Below, piece after piece: positions 24,468-24,547 of a stretch of 24,547 nt of DNA. Made by a program: the position numbers and the translations under genes. The DNA comes from an uncultured Clostridia bacterium (GTDB lineage Bacteria; Bacillota; Clostridia; Christensenellales; CAG-138), in NCBI GenBank assembly GCA_946183765.1, contig CAMHDC010000001.1:1-24547 (forward strand), in the 5' to 3' direction. Below the pieces are notes generated by a model that was given only the letters and a program-made list of their open reading frames with translations, made no database searches and was not told where the DNA came from. Position 1 is the stretch's first letter. The number at the start of each line of letters is the position of its first letter.

Positions 24468-24547
24468 AGAAGACCTACAAGATCGACGTTGACTGCGCCA
24501 ACTGCGCCAACCTCATGGAGGAGGCCGCCAAGGCGACCCCCGGCGTA
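24464..24547 (+). CDS. Heavy-metal-associated (HMA) domain protein, 5' part only (runs off the window; not in the ORF track)
   Basis: ATG overlaps the regulator stop (ATGA), RBS GGAGG; open frame MKKTYKIDVDCANCANLMEEAAKATPGV with a CxxC metal-binding loop. Confidence 0.85.
   Translation, partial: MKKTYKIDVDCANCANLMEEAAKATPGV

Noticed and set aside
1-24547. Mobile element, prophage or anti-phage defence island
   Set aside because: No integrase, transposase, phage structural, nuclease or toxin-antitoxin motifs, and composition looks uniform by eye across the window.

Overview
GC-rich, gene-dense chromosomal backbone. The gene set (ytxC-like, ywlG/TIGR01440, dnaX-ebfC-recR, DUF4358-MBOAT-DHHW, sigmaA-type promoters, strong Shine-Dalgarno sites) points to a Clostridia-type Firmicute, probably a gut or rumen anaerobe (inference). 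I see about 25 real CDSs; most other ORFs in the track are antisense or off-frame shadows typical of high-GC DNA. Housekeeping genes include mutY, dnaX, ebfC, recR, lysA, rsmA, an Na/Pi cotransporter and pepT. I found no tRNA, rRNA, CRISPR, IS, integrase or phage genes. The most interesting part is 12.3-19.0 kb. A membrane-tethered type-B carboxylesterase and a secreted multidomain protein (beta-helix, Cys/His repeats, Ig domain, unusual Trp-rich C-terminal tail) are transcribed divergently from a lipoprotein-MBOAT-DHHW (AlgI/AlgJ-like) O-acylation module. Other leads: a stand-alone E2-like acyltransferase domain whose catalytic His is replaced by Glu, a structured element with alternative hairpins at the left edge, a probably leaderless mutY, and a SmtB/ArsR metal-sensing locus with a perfect 12-2-12 operator at the right edge. 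All family assignments are from motif recognition, not database searches.
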